Of a stretch of DNA of 64,000 bases, positions 25,701 to 38,300 are shown one piece after another. Made by a program: the position numbers and the translations under genes. The stretch is from Bugula neritina (Eukaryota; Animalia; Bryozoa). The notes beneath the pieces are model-generated. The model searched no databases, was not told the DNA's origin, and was given only the letters and a program-made list of their open reading frames with translations. The stretch lies in the NCBI GenBank assembly GCA_964035545.1, contig OZ037768.1, positions 24,399,319 to 24,463,318 on the forward strand, given 5' to 3'. Within the stretch, counting starts at the first letter, position 1, and every line of letters begins with the position of its first letter.

Positions 25701-28700
25701 ACTATACGGTACCCTATGTAGTAGTAATACTATATTACTATACGGTACCCTATGTAGTAGTAATACTATATTACTATACTGTACCCTATGTAGTAGTAAT
25801 ACTATATTACTATACGGTACCCTATGTAGTAGTAATACTATATTACTATACGGTACCCTATGTAGTAGTAATACTATATTACTATACGGTACCCTATGTA
25901 GTAGTAATACTATATTACTATACTGTACCCTATGTAGTAGTAATACTATATTACTATACGGTACCCTATGTAGTAGTAATACTATATTACTATACGGTAC
26001 CCTATGTAGTAGTAATACTATATTACTATACTGTACCCTATGTAGTAGTAATACTATATTACTATACTGTACTCTATGTAGTAGTAATACTATATTACTA
26101 TACTGTACCCTATATAGTAGTAATACTATATTACTATACTGTACCCTATATAGTAGTAATACTATATTACTATACTGTACCCTATGTAGTAGTAATACTA
26201 TATTACTATACTGTACCCTATGCAGTAGTAATACTATATTACTATACTGTACCCTATGTAGTAGTAATACTATATTACTATACTGTACCCTATGTAGTAG
26301 TAATACTATATTACTATACTGTACCCTATGCAGTAGTAATACTATATTACTATACGGTACCCTATGTAGTAGTAATACTATATTACTATACTGTATCCTA
26401 TGTAGTAGTAATACTATATTACTATACTGTACCCTATGTAGTAGTAATACTATATTACTATACTGTACCCTATGTAGTAGTAATACTATATTACTATACT
26501 GTACTCTATGTAGTAGTAATACTATATTACTATACTGTACCCTATATAGTAGTAATACTATATTACTATACTGTACCCTATGTAGTAGTAATACTATATT
26601 ACTATACTGTACTCTATGTAGTAGTAATACTATATTACTATACTGTACCCTATGTAGTAGTAATACTATATTACTATACGGTACCCTATGTAGTAGTAAT
26701 ACTATATTACTATACGGTACCCTATGTAGTAGTAATACTATATTACTATACTGTATCACACATTTCATAGTCATCACGTGCACGTCAGTCAACGCTGCCG
26801 AGATGGTAGTCCCCAACACGCATGTCTCCAATTCAGCCTCCAACATTAACAGCCGAGCCACCTACACGTGTAACGACGGTTATGTGTTCCCCAGTGGACA
26901 GAAGAAAATGACTATACAGTGCATGGAGGATGGGGAATGGGACGCCATCCCTCCGCCGTGTCAAGGTAACACTAGATGAGGTCCCTAGTCTATATATCAA
27001 TATCTAAATGCTAGACAAGGAATGCTGAAGTTTCTGTAACAACTTATAAATTTATTGACTTTAAATATATGATTCTCAAAGATGAAACATTTAATTTTTC
27101 CTTTAAAATATCAATACCAACAGAGCAATTTTTGGCGTTGATATTAAAATAAGAACAAAATCTGTAGGCTTATAGAATTTTGACGAATAAAAAGAATCTT
27201 CTACTGTAACTCACTTAGTGCAGGATATCTCCTCAAGACATTCGCTCATATCATAACACGTTTAGTCATCATTTGTGGTTCTTGTGTAAAAGAAGGAAGG
27301 AATCCCCTTTCCTTCTCAGCACAGTGTATTTCTCAGCACACGTTAGTTGATAGAACAGAGCATCAACTTGATGGGTAGTCATGTGATCAAAGTCTCCTTT
27401 GAGTAGTGCTTGAACTCACTTGACCTTGAACTCACTTGACCTTGAACTCAAACATCCTGTAAAGATACAATATTATATCATTATTCACAAGTAGAAACAG
27501 CGTTGATATCATTTCTATATACTTCTATATACTTCACTATACTTCTAGATACTTCTATATACTTCTATATACTTCTATATACGTGACTGAGAGAGTTGTT
27601 GTGAGCCGCTGTGGTCTAAGAATTAGACGCATGAAGCTCTGATATACTTGCAGCCCTAAGATGCGATACACTTGGAATACCAAATGCCACAGCCGCATTC
27701 AACTACACAGGATACGGACAGAGCGACGTATTCACCTGTGAAGATGGCCACCGGTTCCCAGATGGGAGAAAGCAGAGAGTCTTGTATTGTGATGCTAACA
27801 GGAGATGGAATCCACCTGTATACTGTCAAGGTATAAACACCTGTATACTGTCAAGGTATAAACACCTGTACACTGTCAAGGTATAAACACCTGTATACTG
27901 TCAAGGTATAAACACCTGTATACTGTCAAGGTATAAACACCTGTATACTGTCAAGGTATAAACACCTGTATACTGTCAAGGTATAAACACCTGCATACTG
28001 TCAAGGTATAAACACCTGTATACTGTCAAGGTATAAACACCTGCATACTGTCAAGGTATAAACACCTGTATACTGTCAAGGTATAAACACCTGTATACTG
28101 TCAAGGTATAAACACCTGTATATTGTCAAGGTATAAACACCCGTATACTGTCAAGGTATAAACACCTGTATACTGTCAAGATATAAACACCTGTATACTG
28201 TCAAGGTATAAACACCTGTATACTGTCAAGGTATAAACACCTGTATACTGTCAAGGTATAAACACCTGTATACTGTCAAGGTATAAACACCTGTATACTG
28301 TCAAGGTATAAACACCTGTATATTGTCAAGGTATAAACACCCGTATACTGTCAAGGTATAAACACCTGTACACTGTCAAGGTATAAACACCTGTATACTG
28401 TCAAGGTATAAACACCTGTATACTGTCAAGGTATAAACACCTGTATATTGTCAAGGTATAAACACCCGTATACTGTCAAGGTATAAACACCTGTACACTG
28501 TCAAGGTATAAACACCTGTATACTGTCAAGGTATAAACACCTGTATACTGTCAAGGTATAAACACCTGTATATTATCAAGGTATAAACACCCGTATACTG
28601 TCAAGGTATAAACACCTGTACACTGTCAAGGTATAAACACCTGTATACTGTCAAGGTATAAGGTATAAACACTTTCCCTTCTAGCCGTGATGTGTCCACA

Positions 28701-31556
28701 ATACTATCAGGATAATGCCGGAGCTACTGAAGGAGGTGCTAAGTACCTGGATGTTATAACCGTCAGATGTAACGTCGGGTACAGACTGTCTGGTGGGGAG
28801 GAGGTGGAGAAGAAGATGACGTGCTCTGAGAATGGAACGTGGCTGGGAGATCAAAGGGAGTGTACAGGTAGGCTATATATAGTCACAAGAGAGAGTGTAC
28901 AGGTAGGTTATATAGTCACAAGAGAGAGTGTACAGGTATGTTATATAGTCACAAGAGAGAGTGTACAGGTAGGCTATATAGTCACAAGAGAGAGTGTACA
29001 GGTAGGTTATATAGTCACAAGAGAGAGTGTACAGGTAGGCTATATAGTCACAAGAGAGAGTGTACAGGTAGGTTATATAGTCACAAGAGAGAGTGTACAG
29101 GTAGGCTATATAGTCACAAGAGAGAGTGTACAGGTAGGCTATATAGTCACAAGAGAGAGTGTACAGGTAGGCTATATAGTCACAAGAGAGAGTGTACAGG
29201 TAGGCTATATAGTCACAAGAGAGAGTGTGTAGGTAGGCTATATAGTCACAAGAGAGAGTGTACAGGTAGGCTATATAGTCACAAGAGGGAGTGTACAGGT
29301 AGGTTATATAGTCACAAGAGAGAGTGTACAGGTAGGCTATATAGTCACAAGAGGGAGTGTACAGGTAGGTTATATAGTCACAAGAGGGAGTGTACAGGTA
29401 GGCTATACAGTCACAAGAGAGAGTGTGTAGGTAGGCTATATAGTCACAAGAGGGAGTGTACAGGTAGGTTATATAGTCACAAGAGAGAGCGTACAGGTAG
29501 GCTATACAGTCACAAGAGGGAGTGTACAGGTAGGTTATATAGTCACAAGAGAGAGTGTACAGGTAGGTTATATAGTCACAAGAGAGAGTGTGTAGGTAGG
29601 CTATATACAGTCACAAGAGGGAGTGTACAGGTAAGCTATACAGTCACAAGAGAGAGCGTACAGGTAGGCTATGCTGTAGTCACCTGTAGTGATACATGTC
29701 TCTTCAGCACAGGATCAATAACTCTCTATAAACAATCAATGATAAAGATTCACTTTGACCTTTCTTGTCGACTGGGTAGATTTTACTTCCACACTTGAAA
29801 TGTTCTACGTGGCAAGTGAGTTACTAGGCTAAAAGTGAAGGTCATTGCAATAGGTCAAGTTGATACATTGTTCATCACACACCTAAAGGTGAAGTGTATC
29901 ATATATCACACAGCTAGACACTGCCCGGGTGCCTCACCTCCGAATGTAACCAGAGCGTACAGGAACTCATTTGCCACGCTGGGAGGAAGCAGAGTAAAGT
30001 ACGGGTGTTGGCCCAGCTACATGTTCCTTGACGGTACAACAACCAGGACTGCGTGGTGTAGTGCGGATACGCTGGAGTGGACCGGTGTCCCAGAGGGGTG
30101 TGTAGGTGAGGGCCGTTGTTATCTGGTATGATAAAATAGAAATCAGTCTAAACTATACCTCATAGTGTTCTACAGTAACAACAGACTGCACGTATTTTCT
30201 TAAGAATTTAGAATAATGAGTGAGTAGATAAAAGTTAAGAAACAGTGCTAGGTTCAGGGTCAAGGAATGCCTAGTATAGAGAGAGCACAATACAGGGTAC
30301 ATTGTATTACGTGTTATGTATTATCTTACAGCTCACCCTTACTATTTCAGACTACGAGACATACCTCAAATCTCAACTGTTTGTCTACCCGAATGAATTC
30401 ATTGTGAGTTTGACATTTTATGGCAACAGTGTAATCGCTGCGCTTTTCCTTCTGCTGGCACTCGGCCAAATTGTCAGTTTCGCTTTGGACTACCCGGTTG
30501 TAGGAGCTTTGAGTAGGTAGGTTCCCCTTTACCTTCAATGGCATATACTCTGTAGCATACAGTAGCTGAGGACAGGGTTTGGGGCAGTGGAAGCTTGTCT
30601 GTCTGTATAACACAATAAAGTATGTTGAATATGATATCAGGTTATTAATCAAGTCATGTCTGATAATAAATGATCTTGGAGGTGAAAATAGTGATTGTAA
30701 ATGAAGAAAAATAGTTAGGCTTCATGCAACAAGCTCTGTGATTGGTCAAAAAGTGCCATTCAAACTGACTTACTTTAGTTTCTTCAGAGCCCATCCTTAA
30801 CACGTCAGCATCAAATCCACTGACTCCGATCAACACAGTGTTTAGTGCAGTTGAACACATGTTCTACAATTAGAAGGCAAACTGTTCAAATGAGTGCCAT
30901 TAAAGTGTTCACCTCACCATGTGTTACTTTCTTGCAGCTCTGAGAATAGGACCAGCGGGCTTGTTGATCTCAGCCGTGACCCCGCAGCTGTAGAACTTTC
31001 AGAGAAGGGTAAGTATATTGAATAGAACTTTCAGAGAAGGGTAAGTATATTGAATAGAACTTTCAGGGAAGTATGGTAAATATGATGTCTAGACTTACTT
31101 ACAGCTGTGGGTATTTACAGAGTAAGTGTATATATTTACTTACAGCTTTAACTATTCAAAGAATGAAGTGTAGATCTATATTTACAGCTCCTAGCACTTT
31201 CCTGTCTGAAAGCCAACCTGTGACAGACTCACAGCAAGCCTTCCCTTCTCAAGAACAAGGTCAAGGAGAAAGTGGAGAGTTGGGAGGACATACAGACAGA
31301 GTGTCTGAAGAAGTGACTCCTACTTCTACTCCAAATACCTCAGTGAGTGTTGTACTTTCTAGTCACCTGTAGGTACGTTACCTGTAGACACATTTCCTGT
31401 AGATACGTTACCCGCAGATACATTACTTGTAGATTATGCCAATTTCGTGATATTAGATGTGACTAAATTCAACAATGTAAACAAGTCATTAGTTTGATTT
31501 GTATGATATGACAGAAAAAGAGATTGGAGGAGGAAGTAGATGAGGTAGAGCTCTAA
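19731..31556 (+). CDS. Type I membrane C-type lectin / sushi (CCP) protein: SP-CTL-CCPx4-CTL-CCPx5-TM-cytoplasmic tail, ~999 aa, 17 exons
   Basis: Phase-consistent exons: 19731-19978, 20377-20576, 20866-21066, 21472-21669, 22487-22690, 22922-23125, 24220-24391, 24658-24863, 25073-25258, 26771-26965, 27654-27830, 28685-28867, 29914-30105, 30351-30516, 30938-31008, 31188-31342, 31515-31556 (3000 nt). Signal peptide MIRVTKYLLLLVLLASHVTA; CTL motifs CYW..SWQFARESC..GGDLA..YIGL and CPSGW..SCY..YWIG..WKDWEC..YVCEK; nine phase 1-1 exons with the 4-Cys CCP pattern; TM SVIAALFLLLALGQIVSFAL. Confidence 0.9.
21240..21480 (+). repeat. 12-bp repeat CATGTCTACCCW running into the acceptor at 21472
   Basis: Unit resembles the exon start GTACCCACGTGTC; the acceptor context TTTAG|GTGTACCC is duplicated at 21255-21267. 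Confidence 0.85.
21664..21819 (+). repeat. Splice-donor tandem array, 18-bp unit GTGCAG|GTAAGAAAGGAG, 9 donor copies
   Basis: First copy is the real junction at 21669/21670. Confidence 0.95.
23121..23578 (+). repeat. Splice-donor tandem array, 18-bp unit CACAG|GTGAGCAAGGTGT, 25 copies
   Basis: First copy is the junction at 23125/23126; in-frame reading is (GEQGVT)n. Confidence 0.95.
25268..26755. repeat. Intron-filling minisatellite, 36-bp unit TACTGTACCCTATGTAGTAGTAATACTATATTACTA, ~41 copies
   Basis: Occupies nearly all of intron 25259-26770. Confidence 0.97.
27813..28671 (+). repeat. Splice-donor tandem array, 25-bp unit CACCTGTATACTGTCAAG|GTATAAA, ~34 copies
   Basis: Unit is 18 exonic nt plus 7 intronic nt; the array is almost the whole intron 27831-28684. 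Confidence 0.97.
28853..29672 (+). repeat. Splice-donor tandem array, 33-bp unit AGTCACAAGAGAGAGTGTACAG|GTAGGCTATAT, ~25 copies
   Basis: First copy overlaps the exon end GGGAGTGTACAG|GTAGG at 28867. Confidence 0.95.
30991..31071 (+). repeat. Nascent splice-donor duplication, 32-bp unit TAGAACTTTCAGAGAAGG|GTAAGTATATTGAA, 2.5 copies
   Basis: Spans the junction at 31008/31009. Confidence 0.9.
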
Positions 31557-31611
31557 CATTATTCAAACCAAGACTAGAGAGTTTAACATACAGATTTCTG
31601 AGACTACACCA

Positions 31612-31977
31612 ATCCTGTGATATGTTATATTACTAGTATATTATATATTGTATAACATTCCTGTGATATGTTATATTACTAGTATATTATATATAATATA
31701 ACATTCCTGTGATATGCTATATTACTATTATATTATATATAATATAACATTCCTGTGATATGTTATATTACTATTATATTATATATTGTATAACATTCCT
31801 GTGATATGTTATATTACTAGTATATTATATATAATATAACATTCCTGTTATATGTTATATTACTAGTATATTATATATTGTACACCAATCCTGTGATATG
31901 TTATATTACTAGTATATTATATATAATATAACATTCCTGTGATGTTATATTACTAGTATATTATATATAATATAACA
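31612..31977. repeat. 46-bp AT-rich minisatellite (~8 copies) between two convergent 3' ends
   Basis: CCTGTGATATGTTATATTACTAGT... recurs at 31614, 31660, 31706, 31752 and onward. Confidence 0.9.
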
Positions 31978-32329
31978 ATTATTTTATATGTTGTTGTAGA
32001 GAATATTATGTAACAAATGTTGTACTATGATTTCTTTTCTTCTTCACTCATGAATAAAGCCACACCAATTGTAGTATTTACATTTATTGTTGTAATTTAG
32101 CTTCAACAAGAAATTTGGAACCAACACAAATATAATATCTAGAATAAACATTCCAAAATAAAACCATAAGAAAATAAACTGACTAACAAGAACCTGGTTT
32201 AGACTAATATCTCAGACTGAATGTTTGAGGGCAGAGAATACATCCAGGTGTGTAATGATCACCCGATATTGAGATTCATATATAGAGATAAGCTGTTTTC
32301 AAGCTAGAGTTAGAAGTGAGATAAACACA

Positions 32330-35300
32330 TCAGCTGAAGAAAGGTTTCAGAGAGGGTTTAGTTATCCAATCAGTGGATCTGATGAGTTGATACACGGAGA
32401 TGAAAAGGAGGGGAAATCGGGACAGGAAGTAGACGTGTGATTGGCCGAGTTGTGCTCTTAGATGAATAGATCTGAAACAATAGACATGGAGGGTTTGGAA
32501 GAGGTGGTGTGAGAGAGTATATATACTATATAGACTAAGAGGTGGTGTGAGAGAGTATATATACTATATAGACTAAGAGGTGGAGTGAGAGAGTATATAT
32601 ACTATATAGACTAAGAGGTGGAGTGAGAGAGTATATATACTATATAGACTAAGAGGTGGAGTGAGAGAGTATATATACTATATAGACTAAGAGGTGGAGT
32701 GAGAGAGTATATACTATATAGACTAAGAGGTGGAGTGAGAGAGTATATATACTATATAGACTAAGAGGTGGTGTGAGAGAGTATATATACTATATAGACT
32801 AAGAGGTGGAGTGAGAGAGTATATATACTATATAGACTAAGAGGTGGAGTGAGAGAGTATATATACTATATAGACTAAGAGGTGGAGTGAGAGAGTATAT
32901 ATACTATATAGACTAAGAGGTGGAGTGAGAGAGTATATATACTATATAGACTCAGAGGTGGTGTGAGAGAGTATATATACTATATAACTACATAGACTCA
33001 TAGTTATAATAAATAATAATGCTCACATTTTGCTGTAGTTTTGATTAGTCGTGTGCATAAACATCAGCAAATCACAGATGCTTTGGGAAACCTTCGGTTC
33101 AACTTTCATATCATCCAACAGTCTGCCGTCCACTTGCCTCGTCTGTATAATATATAATGATATAGTATATGAATGTGGACTAGTAATACTATATACTTAA
33201 CTGAGTGGTGGTACTGTGGACTAGTAACACTATATACTTAACTGGGTGATAATACTGTGGAATAGTAATACTATATACTTAACTGAGTGGTAATACTGTG
33301 GACTAGTAATACTATATACTTAACTGGGTGGTAGTACTGTGGACTAGTAATACTATATACTTAACTGAGTGGTAGTACTGTGGACTAGTAATACTATATA
33401 CTTAACTGAGTGGTAGTACTGTGGACTAGTAATACTATATACTTAACTGAGTGGTAGTACTGTGGACTAGTAATACTATATACTTAACTGAGTGGTAGTA
33501 CTGTGGACTAGTAATACTATATACTTAACTGAGTGGTAGTACTGTGGACTGGTAATACTATATACTTAACTGAGTGGTAGTACTGTGGACTGGTAATGAT
33601 ATATAATAAACTAGAGGGAAGCTCCACCTACTCACCCAATCTCTAACAGTCGGGTGTAGAATGATGGCATTGAGTTGTTCGGTCAGCTGTGTACTTTTCT
33701 GGCTAAATGAGTTTCCTACCTCCAAGAGCTCGTTACCAACGGCAACCAGCATCTCAAACTTCCTTTTCTCAGCCCAGAAGTAGGGATGCCTGAAGACAGA
33801 TATATAGAGTAAGCATACGGAGGGAGGGGGTGTCAAACCCACCCGTACTCGAACACATCAGAATACCAACTATCAGCCAGCTGGAGACAGGAAGTCAAAC
33901 TAAGAATCACGTCTAACCTGAGAACTGAGTTAATATCTGCCCGGTCCCGGGGTTCCTTAGCTATCATAGACAGAATGAGATGCTTAGCCTCAGGGCAAAC
34001 TCCCTTCAACTTGGGGCAGTTGCTGGCCATGTTGGTCTCAATCTCATAGATGCTGTCGCCAAACACGTGCTGCCCTCCAGTTAGGATGTAGTAGACGAGC
34101 AGACCGGCCACGTATATCTCAGAGTGCAGTGTGTAGTGTAGCATCACCATTTGACCCCCAACAGACTTACAACTGCTCAGACATTCCCGGGGTCTCCAGC
34201 AATTGTCTCCCCCTTTTCCAGAGTAAAACATGGTGAGTCCTACAGAGTACAGCTGAGGTGTGAATACTGAGAAATACACAGAGAGACAAGATAGGGAGGA
34301 GAGATAAGATAGGGAGGAAAGAGAGAGTGTGACATTGAAAGTGCCTACCGTCGGGGGCGACGTGGGAGAGCCCGTAGTCGCTCAGCTTCAGCTTGCCTTG
34401 AGAATCGACTAAGATATTGGTAGGTCTGAGATTTCTGTGTAACATAAGACACCGGCAATGCAACACCTGTAATACACAGAGTAGAGTGTGTAATACGCAG
34501 AGTAGAGTGTGTAATACGCAGAGTAGAGTGTGTAATACGCAGAGTAGTGTGTGTAATACGCAGAGGAGCGTGTGTAATACGCAAAGGAGAGTGTGTAATA
34601 CGCAGAGGAGTGTGTGTAATACGCAAAGGAGAGTGTGTAATACGCAGAGGAGAGTGTGTAATACGCAGAGGAGAATGTAAGGGATCAGTTTGAGTTTACT
34701 GCTACAAACTATTACCTGCAGCCCTTTCAACAGTTGGCAAACCAGTCTATAGAGTGTGGCAAAGTCCAGAGGGGATTTAGATGGAGCTCTCTGCAGAAGT
34801 GTGTTGATGTACCCGTCCAGTGTGTACTCGCATAGTTCTTGGGCTATGTAGCCATAGTGCTCATCTTCTGCTATTTCCTGTAACAATTCAACTACACCTT
34901 CAGACTACTAGCAGATGTTACTCCTACTAGCAGACGTACTCCCACAAGCAGACGCACTCCTACTAGCAGACGTACTCCTACTAGCAGACGTACTCCTACT
35001 AGCAGATGTTACTCCTACAAGCAGACGTTACTCCTACTAGCAAACAGTACTCCCACAAGCAGACGTACTCCTACTAGCAGACGTACTCCTACTAGCAGAC
35101 GTACTCCTACTAGCAGACGTACTCCTACTAGCAGACACACTCCCACAAGCAGACGTACTCCTACTAGCAGACGTACTCCTACTAGCAGACGTACTCCTAC
35201 TAGCAGACGTACTCCTACTAGCAGACGTACTCCTACTAGCAGACACACTCCCACAAGCAGACGTACTCCTACTAGCAGACGTACTTCTACTAGCAGACGT

Positions 35301-38300
35301 ACTCCTACTAGTAGATGTTACTCCTACTAGCAGACGTTACTCCTACTAGCAGACGTACTCCTACTAGCAGACGTACTCCTACTAGCAGACGTTACTCCTA
35401 CTAGCAGACGTACTCCTACTAGTGTCCCAACCAAAGTGTAGAAGCTCACCAGGTATTTAATCAGATGCTCATGGTGGTACTTTGGCTGCAAAAGTTTCTG
35501 CAGATTATCCTTGATAGGCGTGTACATGGGCAACGGGATTCTTTTAACAACTGCGGCACTGTTACTGACCCTGCCCATTAGCATGAGGATGTCTACGCCG
35601 TACATAGGGCTTGTCCCCAGTATATACGTGTTGTCCATACACAGGACTATATTCCCCTTAATCAGCAGCTTCTCTGCGGGACTAGACTGGAACTTCCAGA
35701 ACAGCATCTCGTATCTCTTAGCTGCCGCTAACGGCAGCATCGACACACACTCAGCCTCATTGTTGTTGTTGACACTCTTTACACCAGGGTCACCCGGCGC
35801 TGTCAGGGAAGACTGTTGGTGCTGGAGAGGCTGCTGACGCTGCTGATAGTGCAGTTTACCTGCCAGCTGGTACTGTGGGTGTTTGCCTTGATAGGACTGA
35901 GGCAAGCCTGTCTGCTGCACCATAGACTGAGCTCCGTGCTGCATTGGTTGCTGGTGGTAGGGGCGTCGCGGTAACGGCGAGTATTGGTAGGTCCTTTGGG
36001 ACTGTACAGACTGTGAAGGGGTTGCCATTGTCAACTGATATGCTGAAATACACAACTAGTGTGATTAGCTAGAACAAGCATGTGATTGGTCAGGTGTGTA
36101 GAAAGTAAAGTGATCAACTACGAGCAAAACTAGGTTATACATAAACTAATACGTCTGCAGAGCTACCTTGTTGCTGGTTGTTGATTGGCTGATTCCTCAA
36201 CATCACACCATATGGTATATAGTAGCCAGAAGAAAGGGAGGAGGAGCTACCATGACTATGGGCCACGCCCCCTGTGTTCATAGGCCTGCTACAAGCCAAT
36301 CAGAGAACTAAAATACTGTGTATGGAAAAGGGGATATTAGTATTTACGTAGACAAGTCAGGTGACTCTTTTATTCTCAATACTTTTGGGACATAATTTGT
36401 CGTGTTTTCCTCAACTATCTATTCACAAAACTGTCCAAACACTATCCCCCCCCCCCACCATAGTGGTTAGCATATTACTCAGAGGCTATTCCTAGAAGTC
36501 AAAGAAGATAATACACAACTTGTGTCATTGAGTCATTCAATATGAGAGAGACAGGGAGATGGAGCTCACCTCTGAGGAGGGGGCATTCTGAAACAGTTCT
36601 GGTACGAATAGAGCGAGTTCTTCATGTCGCTGCTTTTCACTTGAGCGAAAGTGCCAGTTGAGTTCACAGTGGTCAAGGTTCCCAGGCTAGGAGTAGTGTC
36701 AGTTCCATTCACACTATTTGAGTTGACTAGGGTGTTAGTAGATCCACCCTTCTGCTTGATAGAGAGAGATCTCTGGCTGGCCTGTTGCTCGTACAACTTC
36801 TACAGCAGAAGACAACTCCGTGTTTCTCTCTTGAGACAGAATTATAATTACTATGAAGGCTGGTTTATTAGAATTTTCACACAAGAACACAACTCCGATT
36901 TATCTATGATGTACTACAAGGTAAAGGCAAAACATTAATGGTAGAGCTAGAACACAGCAGCATGTTTAAACATACTGTCACTACACTGACACTATACTGT
37001 CACTATACTGTCACTATACTGACACCATACTGACACCATACTGTCACTACACTGTCACCATACTGACACCATACTGACACTATACTGACACTACACTGTC
37101 ACTACACTGACACTATACTGACACTACACTGTCACTACACTGACACTATACTGACACCATACTGACACTATACTGACACTATACTGACACTATACTGACA
37201 CTATACTGACACCATACGGACACCATACTGACACTATACTGACACTACATTGACACTATACGGACACTACCTTCAGGTGTCTGCCGAGCTCAGAAGTCAC
37301 ACTCAATGATGACTCATGTATTTTTGAAACTTGAGCTTCGTCTTCCGATGAGTCATGTGACAGGAAACCGATGTCATCCAGAGGTGACGGGGTGATCTCA
37401 GGAACACGAATATCCGTGAGAAAGTTGGTGTAACGAGGATCTGGGATCTTTGATGCAGGAAGCTGTAAAGTAGAGCACCCAGTTTACACTATAGGCCAAC
37501 CTGTACAAGAGAAGGGTGTCACAAGACGGAGACATATAAACAAGGAGTACCTCATCTAGTGCTAGCTCTACTTGGAAATATTCTACTGGACCAGTGTCTA
37601 CCACAGAAGTAGACATGCTCTGTGCGGGGGGTCTGATACACGCCCCACTAAACAGACTGGTACTCTCATGTAGGATGTTTGGTACCACAGGTCTACTGTT
37701 CAGCACTCCAGGTGAACCATCTGGAACCTTCTCTAAACTTTCATCAACAGTTTTCTCTACAAACAATCATCAATTACTATATGTATATTTCCATATAAAC
37801 ACGTAAATAGTACTTTTATTACTAGTAAAGACACTCAGTGAATAAATACTGTCTTAAAAGGATAGAGAAACACCCTCACTGCAGACGTACCTTTTTCATC
37901 GTCTGCTATCAGTCGACTTATGCTTGCATCAGACACCAAGTCTGACATTTGACCTTCACCTTCATATTCAGATACAACATCTTCCACCGCAGCCTTGACT
38001 GGAGTTTTCTCCACATTGCAGTTGATTTTACGAGCAACTTCCGGCAGGAGAAATTGACTTAGAGTGAAACACTCTTTATCCTGAGGTAAGAAAGGAGCCA
38101 TGATTGAAGGCAGAACATAATGAACGATTTGAACTTTTGATTAAATAATACAAAGCTTTTGAGTTGCTGTATTTTCTAGAACAATCCTCAGTATTATTTC
38201 AATCAAGCATTTGTTTGCACATTCAATTCATGAGCAGATAATTTCACTAGTTCTACTGATTCGGCCAAGTAGCTCCTGAACAGCCTCAAGAATCTGTAGG

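Noticed and set aside
25121-26861. 535-549 aa ORFs on both strands
   Set aside because: Alternative frames of a 36-bp intronic minisatellite.
27813-33597. Regular 25-46 bp repeats as CRISPR arrays
   Set aside because: Head-to-tail units without unique spacers, no cas genes, spliceosomal gene context.
32330-36042. Calling the kinase-KEN gene IRE1/ERN1
   Set aside because: No signal peptide, luminal domain or TM; phase-consistent exons link it to ankyrin repeats; catalytic motifs are degenerate.
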